Origin: Fidelibacterota bacterium
GTDB taxonomy: Bacteria; Fidelibacterota; Marinisomatia; SCGC-AAA003-L08; D37C17
Direction of reading: 5' to 3'
DNA: 64,000 bases
NCBI GenBank assembly: GCA_002707645.1
Contig: PANN01000009.1
Location: 1,239 to 65,238, forward strand
In this document: positions 43,204-54,001 of the stretch, one piece after another
Position numbering within the stretch: position 1 is the first letter of the stretch
Layout: each line of letters starts with the position of its first letter
Notes under the pieces: generated by a model
What the model saw: only the letters and a program-made list of their open reading frames with translations
What the model was told of the DNA's origin: nothing
Database searches by the model: none
Translations under genes and position numbers: made by a program

Positions 43204-45615
43204 ATGTATTTAAAACTATTTGTTAAAATTTTTATAATATCTTCCATTTGTTTGAGTCAAGTATCAATAGAATCGATTCCAAAAAGCTTTTCAATACAGC
43301 AGACAATATCTTCAAGTATTGTGGAATTACCTTCATTTGATACCAACAGCTTTTTACAAGAAGATGAAAATAATCTTCGAAATGAAATTAGTAAGCCATA
43401 TCGATTTGCTAATCCTATATCATTAAATTTGAACATGAATAATTCTGGTGATTGGGTAACTCTTGAAGATGGATCTTCAATTTGGACATTACAAATTAAC
43501 TCTCCAAATGCATATTCATTAAATGTTATTTATGATTTATTTCATTTACCTGATGGGGCAGAGTTTTTTGTTTATTCATCAGACAAAAAAATGATTTTAG
43601 GTGCATTTACAAGCTTAAATCACAAACCACATGGGGGTTTTTCTACTGCACCAGTAATTGGGGATCAAATAATATTGGAATATAATGAACCATATGAAGC
43701 TGAATTCAAAGGAGAAATTAGTATTGAAACTGTTGCCCATGATTATAGAAATATTTTTTTTAATCAATCAAGAGGATATGGCGATTCAGGCAGTTGTAAT
43801 AATAATGTAGCTTGTAGTGAAGCAAGTGAATGGCAAGATGAAATTAGATCCGTTGCGATGATTTTAACTTCAGGTGGATCAAGAATTTGTACTGGAACAC
43901 TAATTAATAATGCTAATCAAGATTTATCTCCATACTTTTTAACAGCCAATCATTGTTTAGGTGGCAATGATTCTTGGATTTTTATGTTTAATTATGATAG
44001 TCCTTCTTGTTCAAATCAAAATGGTCCAACAAATATGACTGTATCTGGCTCTAGTCTTTTGGTTAATAGTGCTTCATCAGATGTCGCATTGCTTATATTA
44101 AATGAAACTATACCGGAAAGCTATAATGTTCATTATGCAGGCTGGGATGTATCAGGCAATACTCCAAATATACCTGTTGGAATTCACCATCCATCTGGTG
44201 ATATAAAAAAGATTTCATTTGATTATGATAATGCCTCAAATAGTGGAAATTTTTGGGATATTGATAGTTGGGATGATGGAACAACTGAGCCTGGTTCATC
44301 AGGTTCTCCTTTATTTGATGGTATTTCTCATAGGATTATAGGTCAATTATATGGAGGTGTTGCTTCTTGTACAAATTTTGGTTATGATACCTATGGAAAA
44401 ACATCTGTATCATGGAATCTAGGATTAAATCAATATCTTGATCCAAATAATCTTGGAGTAAATTATATAGATGGAATTGATGCAATTGATTTACCAGAAC
44501 CAATACTTAGTTACTCGGATATAAACTTATTACATGAACTTGCTGATGGAGAAACTAGCGCTTCACCATTCGAAGTTTCCAACATTGGTGAATTAGAATC
44601 TGTTTTAACTTATTCTTTAAATATAAATCAATTTAAAAATCCTCAAGGAGGTCCAGATTTATCAGATAATTTCTGGACTGATTCTAATAATGAGATTGGA
44701 CTTGATTCAGATTGGATTGATATATCTAATATTGGAACAGTGTATAATTTTTCTACTAATGATAATGCTGGAGATTCAGTTAATATTGGATTTGAATTTC
44801 CATTCTATGAAAATATTTATACAGAATGCTTTATTAATCCAAATGGATGGATAGGTTTTGAAAACGATGATAATAATTGGGATAATACATCTATTCCATC
44901 ATCACAAGCACCTAGGTCAGCAATATTTGGATTTTGGGATGATCTTAACCCTATTAATGATTCTTGTAACTCATGTTCTGGGGAAGTATACTATCATTCA
45001 AACGATCAGAGAATGGTAATTTGGTTTAATGATGTATCACATTGGCCTACATATTTTGATAATAGTACATATAATTTTCAAATTGTTTTACACAGTAATG
45101 GGGAAATAAAGTTTAACTATAATTCAATGAATGGTGATCTCTCTTCAGCAACTATAGGTATACAAAATTCATCTGGAGCTTCTGGTTTGATGATGTCTTT
45201 TAATACAAATTATGCTGAAAATAATCTTACTACTGTAATTTCTAAGGCTCCATCTTGGGTTGGTATAAATAATATTGAAAACTATTCAGTATCTGGAGAA
45301 ATATATCAAGGATTTTCTCAGTCTTTATCTTTATTGCTTCAAAATAATCAATTAGTTGACGAAATATACTATGCATACTTAAATATTAGCTCAAACGGAG
45401 GTGAAAATATCTCTCTCCCAATTGAATTAATAACTGCTAATAATGGATTGATTGGTGATATAAATAATGATGATAATATTAATGTATCTGATATTGTACT
45501 AGTTGTGAATTTAGTTTTAAGCTCACAATATAATTATCTTGCTGATTTAAATTCTGATAATCAAGTAAATGTTTCTGATATTGTTCTTTTAGTTAATGTA
45601 ATTCTCCAAAATTAA
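43204..45615 (+). CDS. Secreted S1-family (lysyl-endopeptidase-like) serine protease with a C-terminal dockerin-like pair
   Basis: Signal peptide, and catalytic triad contexts LTANHC, SDVALL and GSSGSPLF. The C-terminus is GDINNDDNINVSDIVLVVNLVL ... ADLNSDNQVNVSDIVLLVNVIL (45454-45612). Confidence 0.85.
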   Translation: MYLKLFVKIFIISSICLSQVSIESIPKSFSIQQTISSSIVELPSFDTNSFLQEDENNLRNEISKPYRFANPISLNLNMNNSGDWVTLEDGSSIWTLQINSPNAYSLNVIYDLFHLPDGAEFFVYSSDKKMILGAFTSLNHKPHGGFSTAPVIGDQIILEYNEPYEAEFKGEISIETVAHDYRNIFFNQSRGYGDSGSCNNNVACSEASEWQDEIRSVAMILTSGGSRICTGTLINNANQDLSPYFLTANHCLGGNDSWIFMFNYDSPSCSNQNGPTNMTVSGSSLLVNSASSDVALLILNETIPESYNVHYAGWDVSGNTPNIPVGIHHPSGDIKKISFDYDNASNSGNFWDIDSWDDGTTEPGSSGSPLFDGISHRIIGQLYGGVASCTNFGYDTYGKTSVSWNLGLNQYLDPNNLGVNYIDGIDAIDLPEPILSYSDINLLHELADGETSASPFEVSNIGELESVLTYSLNINQFKNPQGGPDLSDNFWTDSNNEIGLDSDWIDISNIGTVYNFSTNDNAGDSVNIGFEFPFYENIYTECFINPNGWIGFENDDNNWDNTSIPSSQAPRSAIFGFWDDLNPINDSCNSCSGEVYYHSNDQRMVIWFNDVSHWPTYFDNSTYNFQIVLHSNGEIKFNYNSMNGDLSSATIGIQNSSGASGLMMSFNTNYAENNLTTVISKAPSWVGINNIENYSVSGEIYQGFSQSLSLLLQNNQLVDEIYYAYLNISSNGGENISLPIELITANNGLIGDINNDDNINVSDIVLVVNLVLSSQYNYLADLNSDNQVNVSDIVLLVNVILQN

Positions 45616-45627
45616 ACAGATATTTCT

Positions 45628-47628
45628 ATGAATTATTTTTATATTATTATTTATACTATTTTTTTAAACATGTTATTTTCTAATAATATTTGGGAAAATA
45701 AATTATTGTTCTGTTTAAAGAAAGAAGTAGCACCTCTTGAAGTTATTAACAATAAAATTATTAATAATAACCAATTAAATATTGCCTTAAGTAATTATAA
45801 TATTTCAAGTATTGAATTATGGCTTAAGGGAGCAACTGATGATGATTTTGATAATGATATTTATTTAAATAGAATTTATAGAATAACTATTCCAAAAAAT
45901 AATATTAATATAATCAATAAGATTAAAAATACTTTAGAATCTATTGAGCTTATTCATTCTACAGAGTATGAATACTATAGAAAGCCTTTGTATACACCAA
46001 ATGATCAATATTATAATAACCAATGGTTTCTTCCTGATATTAATTCAAATCTTGTATGGGACTTATGGTTCGATAATGGATTAATTCCTGGAAATCAAGA
46101 TGTTATTCTAGCTTCTGTAGATTTAGGAGTAAATTGGGACCATCCAGATTTAAGAAATAATCTTTGGCAAAACTTAGGTGAAGATGCTGACGGTGATGGA
46201 AGGACAATTGAAGGATCAGGAAATAACTGGTATTTAGATCCTGGTGATCTCAATGGAATTGATGATGATGATTGGGATAATAATTCAAGTACATATATAG
46301 ATGATTTAATTGGCTGGGATCCTTCTGGTATAAGCGGAATGGATGATAATGATCCAAATCCACCAAACTCAGGCGGTTGGTCTCATGGAACTCATGTCGC
46401 TGGATTATTATCATCAACAACTGATAATTCAACGGGCATAGCATCTACTGCGTTTAATTGCAGTATTATGTCAGTAAAAGTTTCAACAGAAAATCAACAG
46501 AATGATATCTATATAACTGATGGATTTGATGGGATTTTATATGCTTCTAAAGCAGGTTATTTTTCAAAAGGTTTTTCTATAGTTAATAACAGTTGGGGAG
46601 GACTTGGATACAGTCAATATGAGCAAAGTGTTATTAATACATGCTTTAATCAATACAATACTATAATTGTTTGTGCTGGAGGTAATGGTGGAGACTGGAA
46701 TAGTGACTGGGGAGAATCAAATTCATCTCATTATCCATCAGGATATGATAATGTTGTATCTGTATGCCCAATTGGAACAAATAATTCATGGAATCACTGG
46801 GCAACGTATGGACCAACAATAGACCTAGCATCTCCAGGCGAAGGTATTAGAAGTTGTACAGGCAGTAATAGTTATCAAAGCTGGGATGGCTCTTCAATGG
46901 CTGCACCTGTTGCAGCAAGTGTATTTGGATTACTAAAATCAAATAATATGGATTGGACTAATGAAATGATTCAAACCATGGTATTAGAAACTGCTAACCC
47001 TATAATTTATGATATTAATACAGAAACCTATCTTCAGGGAATGCTAGGTAAAGGAAAAGTCGATGCATTGGCAGCCATAACAACTCCTTTATTTCCAAAG
47101 CTTGAATATTCAGGTGAAGATGTTTTTATTGCAAATGATAGCGATGGAAATATAAATCCTGGAGAACAGATACAATTATCTGTCATTCTTTTTAATAATG
47201 CTGATTGGGGAGATGCTATTAATGTTTCAGTTCTATTAGAGTCAGATTCAAATGTTGAAATTTTAAATGAAAATGTTTTTATTGGCAATATTTCATCTGG
47301 AGATGTAGGTATTAATATTGAGGATCCTTTTAATATTCTGGTTAATTCTGATATTACCGATTCTGAGATTAGCTTTACTTTAAATATACTATCAAACCAA
47401 AATGGATATATTGATTACAATCAGTCCTTTCCAATTACATTGTTAATAGAAGAAAACCCAATAGTATTAGGGGATATTAATTTTGATTCACTAATCAATG
47501 TGCTAGATGTCGTACAGTTAGTAAATATTATTCTTAGTAATACTTCAAATGAAGCTGCAGATTTAAATCAAGATAGTGTTATCAATATTCAAGATATTAT
47601 ATTACTTATTAATTTGATTCTAGGATAA
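45628..47628 (+). CDS. Secreted S8 subtilisin-family protease with a C-terminal dockerin-like pair
   Basis: D/H/S contexts SVDLGVNWDHPDL, HGTHVAGL and GSSMAAP, with the NNSWGG oxyanion Asn. The C-terminus is GDINFDSLINVLDVVQLVNIIL ... ADLNQDSVINIQDIILLINLIL (47470-47625). Confidence 0.88.
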   Translation: MNYFYIIIYTIFLNMLFSNNIWENKLLFCLKKEVAPLEVINNKIINNNQLNIALSNYNISSIELWLKGATDDDFDNDIYLNRIYRITIPKNNINIINKIKNTLESIELIHSTEYEYYRKPLYTPNDQYYNNQWFLPDINSNLVWDLWFDNGLIPGNQDVILASVDLGVNWDHPDLRNNLWQNLGEDADGDGRTIEGSGNNWYLDPGDLNGIDDDDWDNNSSTYIDDLIGWDPSGISGMDDNDPNPPNSGGWSHGTHVAGLLSSTTDNSTGIASTAFNCSIMSVKVSTENQQNDIYITDGFDGILYASKAGYFSKGFSIVNNSWGGLGYSQYEQSVINTCFNQYNTIIVCAGGNGGDWNSDWGESNSSHYPSGYDNVVSVCPIGTNNSWNHWATYGPTIDLASPGEGIRSCTGSNSYQSWDGSSMAAPVAASVFGLLKSNNMDWTNEMIQTMVLETANPIIYDINTETYLQGMLGKGKVDALAAITTPLFPKLEYSGEDVFIANDSDGNINPGEQIQLSVILFNNADWGDAINVSVLLESDSNVEILNENVFIGNISSGDVGINIEDPFNILVNSDITDSEISFTLNILSNQNGYIDYNQSFPITLLIEENPIVLGDINFDSLINVLDVVQLVNIILSNTSNEAADLNQDSVINIQDIILLINLILG

Positions 47629-48060
47629 ACTACTAATAATTGCATCATTAGCTAGCTGATCAGCTTTTTCATTTCCTGGATTACCAGTATGTCCTCTAAC
47701 CCATTCCCATTTTATATTATGATTGCTTGTAAGAGTATCTAACTTTTCCCAAAGAGCTTTATTTTTTACAGGTTTTTTATTAGAAGTTTTCCAGCCTCTT
47801 TTTTTCCAATTTGAAATCCACTTAGTTATCCCATCTTTAACATAATTTGAATCGGTAATAATTGTAATATCAGATTTTTTCTTAATAATTAGTAGTGCTT
47901 CAATCACAGCTGTTAATTCCATAATATTATTAGTTGTTTCTAAACTAAATCCATTAATTTCTTTTTGGTGTTCATTATATTTTAAAAGGGCTCCCCATCC
48001 TCCTGGACCAGGATTGCCTTTACATGCACCATCGGTATAAATGTATATTCGATTATTCAT
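47620..48060 (-). CDS. rnhA: Ribonuclease HI
   Basis: IYTDGACKGNPGPGGWG, MELTAV, TDS and W.KRGWKT motifs. Confidence 0.93.
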   Translation of the reverse strand: MNNRIYIYTDGACKGNPGPGGWGALLKYNEHQKEINGFSLETTNNIMELTAVIEALLIIKKKSDITIITDSNYVKDGITKWISNWKKRGWKTSNKKPVKNKALWEKLDTLTSNHNIKWEWVRGHTGNPGNEKADQLANDAIISSLS

Positions 48061-48071
48061 AATATTAGAAT

Positions 48072-51000
48072 TTAAAAATCATATCCTATTGTAAGATACC
48101 AAAATCTATTGGATTTATTTCCATTAATGGGGTTGTATTGTCTTGCATAATCAAGCTTCCAAGCCATATTCAGAAAAATAAATCGTGGACCAAATCCATA
48201 TGACATAATCCAACCGATATTATCGTCTGCAATATTTGCATTTAAATTTGTTTCCCAATTTTTTCTATCTCTAAATTTTGGGAAATCATCATTCCATGCA
48301 GCTCCCATATCGATAAATGCTACCCCAAATAATTGTCCTAAAAATTTGATTGAAGGAAAATAATACATTAAAAAAGGAAATCTTAATTCATAGTTCATCA
48401 ACAGCGCCTTTCTACCATACTTCTCAGCCATTGGATATCCTCTTACAGGAAAAATAAAATTATTCATAAAATAAAAATCATCAAATGGTAAAGCATCTTC
48501 ATAGTCAGAATTAACCATATTATTTGTATCCGAAAAAATCCAAGGACCACCCCCAACACCAAACAGTCTTCTATCTTTTCCCCAACTAGAACCTAGGAAA
48601 ACGCGACTTGCAAAACTAATTTTATTTTTATAAGATAATTCAAAATAAGTTCTATGATCTAAAGTCATTGTTTCAAATATATAATCATTAAGGCTAGATT
48701 CAGGAACAACTTCATATTTAATATATGATCTTGTACCGCTGACCGGGTATAAATAAAACCACCGTGTATTATCCCAGACATATTTAATATGAGGTTTGAA
48801 GATATTATAAGAATCATATTCCAGTGTTGATTCATTACCTGAAAATGTATTTAATTCAGACTTTTCTTTTATAAGATGATTATAACTTAATCCACCCTCT
48901 AATCTATCAAATCTTGAAAATGGTAAGAAAAACAAATAATTGAACCCTATATTTCTATTCAGTGTATATTGATATGATGAATAATCAAAAGATGCGTAAA
49001 TATCAGTTTTATATGCTTGATGGTAAAACGTAATATCATGATTAATTTTATTCTTTAAATATCTGTAGGATAAATAATAATCTGATTCCTTAAAATCAAT
49101 TTGCATTTCTGTACTTAAACTTATTCTATGATCCCCTAAAATATCGCTAAATAAAAACATAGCCATTGCTTGAGAGCCATAATAAGAATCATAACTATAA
49201 TAAGCCTGTGCATAATCTAAAGTAAATCGAGTATTATATTTATTTTGGATGTAATTATTATTTTTATCTTTTAATAAAGATTCATCTAATATATTGATTG
49301 AATTATAATCTTGTGTTTTTCCATCAAAAATATAATTTTGAAAATTATTATTTTTAACATTGAACCCTTTTGATTTTTTAAGTAATGAAACATCTTTATC
49401 ATTTTTCCAATTTGAAGGTTTGATTTTTATTTCATTATCGATTAATCGATTAATATTTGATAAAATAAATATATCATATCCACTTTTATAAAAACCTGTA
49501 AAAATTAATTGATTATTAGATATCCAATCTAATTGAGTAACTCCAGTCATAACATTTGTGACTGGCTTTGAAAATTTACCGTTAAAGTCTGAAATATAAA
49601 TATTATTTACTCCAGATTTATCTGAAATAAATGCAATTTTATTATTATCAGGAGAATAACAAGCATATGTTTCATTTTCTAAAGTATCAGTTAATCTGAT
49701 AATATTTTCTCCATTAATATCTATTTTGTATATATCAAGATTTTCAACATTATGATCTATAAAATTTGAAGAATTACTCATAAAACCAGATTGCAAGTGA
49801 CTCCCTCTATCTGAAATAATTAATAATTCTTTACCATTGGGATGCCATGATACTTGAATATCACTAAACCAATCATTGGTTATATTATTTAAACTATCAG
49901 TATCAATATCATAAATATATATATCACTAGACATACCATTATTTCCTACAAATGCAATTTGATTATCTATTGGATTCCATGTTGGTCTAAATATCCCTTC
50001 AAGATTAAAAACTTTCTTTATATTATTTGAAGAATTGTTTAAATCGAATATAAATAATGCATCTGATTTACCAGATTTTGCAGCAAAAACAATTTTATTA
50101 CCATCAGATGACCATGAAATGCCTGGCTTTAATATATGTAATTCTTCAAACTCTGATGTTTGATTGCCACTAACTATTCTTTTTATAAATTTCCCATCAA
50201 TCATGGAGATAATATAGATGCCCATTTCTCCATTTTTATTTGAATACATTGCAACTTCAAATCCATTTGGTGAGGGAGATGGCGCTATATTATAACTATT
50301 ATATAATTCGATATGATTAGTCAGCTGTCTAGAAATATCTCTAATATCATCTCTATATTCAATATCAGGCCAATACTCTTTTTTTAAATATTTTTGCCAT
50401 TGATTATTTAATTCTTCTAAATTAATTCCAATAGCATTCTCGAGACCTTGATTAATATTTTTTCTATTATCTATATGAAAAAATATTTCTGATATTGATT
50501 CTTCTCCCCACTTACTAGTAATGAATCTCCAAACAGATTGTCCTCCTCTATATGCTAAATACCCATTTAAATCATTAATAGTAGGCAACTGATCATAATT
50601 AATTGCTAAATCTCTAACCCACATATCAGAATTAGCATCCCACTTTCCAGATAAATACTCAGCAAGCCCTTCATTCATCCATAAAGGAATGTAAACACTA
50701 TTACTATTTATTAAACTTTTTAATGAACCTCCATAAATATAATCGTTAATAAAGACGTGAACTAATTCATGATATATAACATGTTTAAATTCTTTCAAAG
50801 AATCATCAAAAGGAATAACTACTCTATTTTTTAAAAGTTCGGTTACTCCTCCAACGCCTTCTTGTAAGTAACTATCAACTACATTAGTTTGCTGAAAATC
50901 ATTATGAGAGTTATATATAATAATTGAGCTACGCTCTTTTAATTCCCAACCCATATACATTGATATTTTACTGTTTGCCCCTTGACAATATTCAGCAATG

Positions 51001-51164
51001 ATATCTAATTGATTTTCTCCCTCTCCATAGTAATATATATCAAAATTTTTAGTTTGAATAAAGTGCCAATCAAAATTTTCATATTGTACAATATTTTTAC
51101 CGTATTGTGGTAATAATACAGAAATAAAAATATTTATTAATAATATGTATTTATATTTTTTCAT
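48072..51164 (-). CDS. Large outer-membrane protein: N-terminal MA-type peptidase-like domain, PD40/TolB-like beta-propeller, C-terminal Omp85-like barrel
   Basis: Signal peptide, and HELVHVF...NEGLAEY (HExxH + E). Five PD40-like blades (SPNGFEVAM, SSDGNKIVF, NPIDNQIAF, HPNGKELL, SPDNNKIAF). The C-terminal beta-rich region ends ...WYLTIGYDF with a terminal Phe. Confidence 0.7.
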   Translation of the reverse strand: MKKYKYILLINIFISVLLPQYGKNIVQYENFDWHFIQTKNFDIYYYGEGENQLDIIAEYCQGANSKISMYMGWELKERSSIIIYNSHNDFQQTNVVDSYLQEGVGGVTELLKNRVVIPFDDSLKEFKHVIYHELVHVFINDYIYGGSLKSLINSNSVYIPLWMNEGLAEYLSGKWDANSDMWVRDLAINYDQLPTINDLNGYLAYRGGQSVWRFITSKWGEESISEIFFHIDNRKNINQGLENAIGINLEELNNQWQKYLKKEYWPDIEYRDDIRDISRQLTNHIELYNSYNIAPSPSPNGFEVAMYSNKNGEMGIYIISMIDGKFIKRIVSGNQTSEFEELHILKPGISWSSDGNKIVFAAKSGKSDALFIFDLNNSSNNIKKVFNLEGIFRPTWNPIDNQIAFVGNNGMSSDIYIYDIDTDSLNNITNDWFSDIQVSWHPNGKELLIISDRGSHLQSGFMSNSSNFIDHNVENLDIYKIDINGENIIRLTDTLENETYACYSPDNNKIAFISDKSGVNNIYISDFNGKFSKPVTNVMTGVTQLDWISNNQLIFTGFYKSGYDIFILSNINRLIDNEIKIKPSNWKNDKDVSLLKKSKGFNVKNNNFQNYIFDGKTQDYNSINILDESLLKDKNNNYIQNKYNTRFTLDYAQAYYSYDSYYGSQAMAMFLFSDILGDHRISLSTEMQIDFKESDYYLSYRYLKNKINHDITFYHQAYKTDIYASFDYSSYQYTLNRNIGFNYLFFLPFSRFDRLEGGLSYNHLIKEKSELNTFSGNESTLEYDSYNIFKPHIKYVWDNTRWFYLYPVSGTRSYIKYEVVPESSLNDYIFETMTLDHRTYFELSYKNKISFASRVFLGSSWGKDRRLFGVGGGPWIFSDTNNMVNSDYEDALPFDDFYFMNNFIFPVRGYPMAEKYGRKALLMNYELRFPFLMYYFPSIKFLGQLFGVAFIDMGAAWNDDFPKFRDRKNWETNLNANIADDNIGWIMSYGFGPRFIFLNMAWKLDYARQYNPINGNKSNRFWYLTIGYDF

Positions 51165-51220
51165 TTTCTTATTAATTTACATTTGTACTTGCATATAATT
51201 TAATTCAATTATTCTATACT

Positions 51221-51973
51221 ATGAATGAACCATATTACATTGTTTCTGATAATCATTTTTCAATGAATAATGATTCTAAGGAAAATAAGAGACGGGATAA
51301 AATCTTTCAAGTTTTTGATAAAATCAAATCTAAAGGAAGAGGGTCTTTAATTATTGGGGGTGATTTTTTTGATTATTGGTTTGAATATAAAAATCAAATT
51401 CCTTCTGGGTATGATAGTATTTTAAATGCTCTTGAAGATTTATATAATAGTAATATTAAAATACATTATGTCGCAGGAAATCATGATTTTTGGGATTTTG
51501 GTTATCTAAATGCCCAAACTGGATTGAAATTTTATAAGGGAGATTTGGAATTAAATTCAAATAATAAAAAAATTTTAATAACTCATGGAGATGGAATTTT
51601 AAAATCTGATGTTGGATACAGAATTATGAAAAAAATCATTCGGTCTAAGTTATTTATATTTTTATATAATTTATTTCCTCCTTCAATAACATGTGCACTT
51701 TCAAAAAAAATTTCTAAATCTAGCTCCGATTATAATCACCATGATCAATATAAGAAAATAATATTAAAAGATACTTATGATTACGCAAATCAAAAATGGC
51801 GATTAGGATATGATATTATTTGCATAGGTCATTATCATCAAACGGGAATTATTAGAGAAAATAATAAAGAAATAATTTATTTAGGTGATTGGCTGGGAAA
51901 ATTTACAGTAACGTGTATAGATAATGGAAAATCATGGCAGGGTGACTGGAAGGAATTTTTAAATTTATCTTGA
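51221..51973 (+). CDS. lpxH: UDP-2,3-diacylglucosamine hydrolase LpxH-like metallophosphoesterase
   Basis: VSDNHFS, GGDFFDYW, GNHDFW and THGDG metallophosphoesterase motifs arranged as in LpxH. Confidence 0.65.
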   Translation: MNEPYYIVSDNHFSMNNDSKENKRRDKIFQVFDKIKSKGRGSLIIGGDFFDYWFEYKNQIPSGYDSILNALEDLYNSNIKIHYVAGNHDFWDFGYLNAQTGLKFYKGDLELNSNNKKILITHGDGILKSDVGYRIMKKIIRSKLFIFLYNLFPPSITCALSKKISKSSSDYNHHDQYKKIILKDTYDYANQKWRLGYDIICIGHYHQTGIIRENNKEIIYLGDWLGKFTVTCIDNGKSWQGDWKEFLNLS

Positions 51974-52030
51974 TTTAGCTATCATATATGAATAATATTT
52001 GATAACTACACAGCGGGCAAATATATAAAG

Positions 52031-53209
52031 ATGAAAAAAATAATATTAATAACTTTACAATTGATTCTAATAGTTGGATTGATATATCCGGAAGATGATG
52101 GTTCATCAATAGAACAAGAAAAAAGAAGCGGATTATTTGGTAGGAAATCAAAAGATTCATCTCCTAAAAAAGATATTATACTAGTTAAAGATCCATATAC
52201 AATGGATGATTTAAATAAAATAAGGTCTGATTTTAATTCTCAAAAATCTGGTTCACTAGAATTGTTAATAGAAATTTATAAGGATAAAAATCAAATTCTT
52301 AAAGTTAGATTAGAATCACTAAATATATTATCTTCATCAAAAGATCCATTACTTAAAACAGCAATACTTGAAACTATAGCTAATTCTGATTTCTTGGAAA
52401 TGGAAATTATGAAAAATGCATTAAAGATTTTAATTTCTTTTGATTCGCCTGAAAGTTCTGCTGGTTTAATTAAAGGTCTATCTAATTCTGAAATGCAAAT
52501 AATGGATTTGAGAGCTGAAATCATAGAATCTATAGGTGAAAATAATAGCGAAGATAAAGTAATAACATTATTAGAATTATATGAAATAAGTTTAAAAAAT
52601 CATCAAAGAATGAATGAATTATTAACACTATCACTTGGAGAATTAGAGGATGATCGTGCAATACCTCTGCTTATGGATATTGCAAAAAATGATGAGATTG
52701 ATTTACATATCAGAAATAGAGCTGTAGAAATTTTATCAAGAAAAAATGCTCCTGAATTAGTGGATTTTTTTGTTTCGATGCTGGGTTCACCAGGCTCTAA
52801 TGATCAAATGCATAAATTTATAAATAACTCAATGGGGATAGTTGAAAGAGATAGACTGTTAATGGCGTTGCTAGAATCATATCAGATTGGTAAAAATAGA
52901 TATCATGCTGTTTTACATTCTTTAATGGGAAGTTTAGAGGATTATTCAAACCCAGAAATAAAACCTGTTTTCATTGAAGTAGCTAAAACAGATGGATTCC
53001 CAAGATTGCTTAGAATTAAAGCGATACAGTCATTATCAACATTTGAAGACGTTAGTGTTTTAGATGAATTGATTCCGATCTTAGAGGATTCATATAATTA
53101 CGATTATTATTATGAATTAAATAATTTAGCTAATTCTTTAGATGCAGGTGAATTATATAAAAATAAAATTAGGCAGGCTAGCTTAAAAGCAATGCAATCA
53201 AATAAATGA
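52031..53209 (+). CDS. Secreted HEAT-repeat protein
   Basis: Signal peptide, and repeated helical units of type D..(I/V)R..A(V/I)..L (e.g. DLHIRNRAVEILS, RLLRIKAIQSLS). Confidence 0.5.
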   Translation: MKKIILITLQLILIVGLIYPEDDGSSIEQEKRSGLFGRKSKDSSPKKDIILVKDPYTMDDLNKIRSDFNSQKSGSLELLIEIYKDKNQILKVRLESLNILSSSKDPLLKTAILETIANSDFLEMEIMKNALKILISFDSPESSAGLIKGLSNSEMQIMDLRAEIIESIGENNSEDKVITLLELYEISLKNHQRMNELLTLSLGELEDDRAIPLLMDIAKNDEIDLHIRNRAVEILSRKNAPELVDFFVSMLGSPGSNDQMHKFINNSMGIVERDRLLMALLESYQIGKNRYHAVLHSLMGSLEDYSNPEIKPVFIEVAKTDGFPRLLRIKAIQSLSTFEDVSVLDELIPILEDSYNYDYYYELNNLANSLDAGELYKNKIRQASLKAMQSNK

Positions 53210-53970
53210 AATATCTAATAAATATATTATTATTATCCTTGTTAATACTATCTACAAGCTGTGCAGGTAAAGAAGAAGCTGTAGTTGATGATTCAGATGT
53301 AAAAATAATTCCAGAAAAAATTATAAAAGAAATTAAACATGTAAATCACAATCCATTTTACCCACTAAAAGATAAAATTGAAGACTTAGAATTTAAAATA
53401 AATGAATTAAATGCTCAAATATTAGAGTATGAATCAAGTCTAATTGCTCCATCGATTAATTCTGAGATATTAAAGTTAGTCAAGACTCCGAAAATCGAAC
53501 ATGAAATTATTATTAATAATGGAACTATAATTCAAGGAAAAATTGTTCAGGAAAATGCTGAATATTTGATGGTTGAGACAAGAATAGGTCAATTAAAAAT
53601 TGATAAACTACAGGTTAGCTCAATTAAAGAAATGGAACCATTGAAAGCAAATATTGTATTTAATGAAATGTCAATTGAAGAAAAAATTAGTAAAAATAAT
53701 TTAACATTTTCAGGTTCAATCATTAATAATGGCAGTAGAAGAGGTGATTTTATAAGAGTGGTTTATTATTTATGGGAGAAAGATACGAGTCCAGCATTGG
53801 TTGATTCTATTTTTATAAGTGGAAATACAATTATGTTTGATAATGGAGTTATTTCTGATACATCCCTTAATCCTGGAGATAATGGTAATTTTAATTTATC
53901 TATCACCATACCTGATACCTTGAATATATCATATTGGACAAAAGAAATCAAGTATGATATGTATGAATAG
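53206..53970 (+). CDS. Lipoprotein of unknown function
   Basis: Signal peptide plus lipobox (LSTSC). It overlaps the upstream stop, and I recognise no family. Confidence 0.55.
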   Translation: MKYLINILLLSLLILSTSCAGKEEAVVDDSDVKIIPEKIIKEIKHVNHNPFYPLKDKIEDLEFKINELNAQILEYESSLIAPSINSEILKLVKTPKIEHEIIINNGTIIQGKIVQENAEYLMVETRIGQLKIDKLQVSSIKEMEPLKANIVFNEMSIEEKISKNNLTFSGSIINNGSRRGDFIRVVYYLWEKDTSPALVDSIFISGNTIMFDNGVISDTSLNPGDNGNFNLSITIPDTLNISYWTKEIKYDMYE

Positions 53971-54001
53971 CATTTAATACCAAAAAAATTAATTTAATAT
54001 T

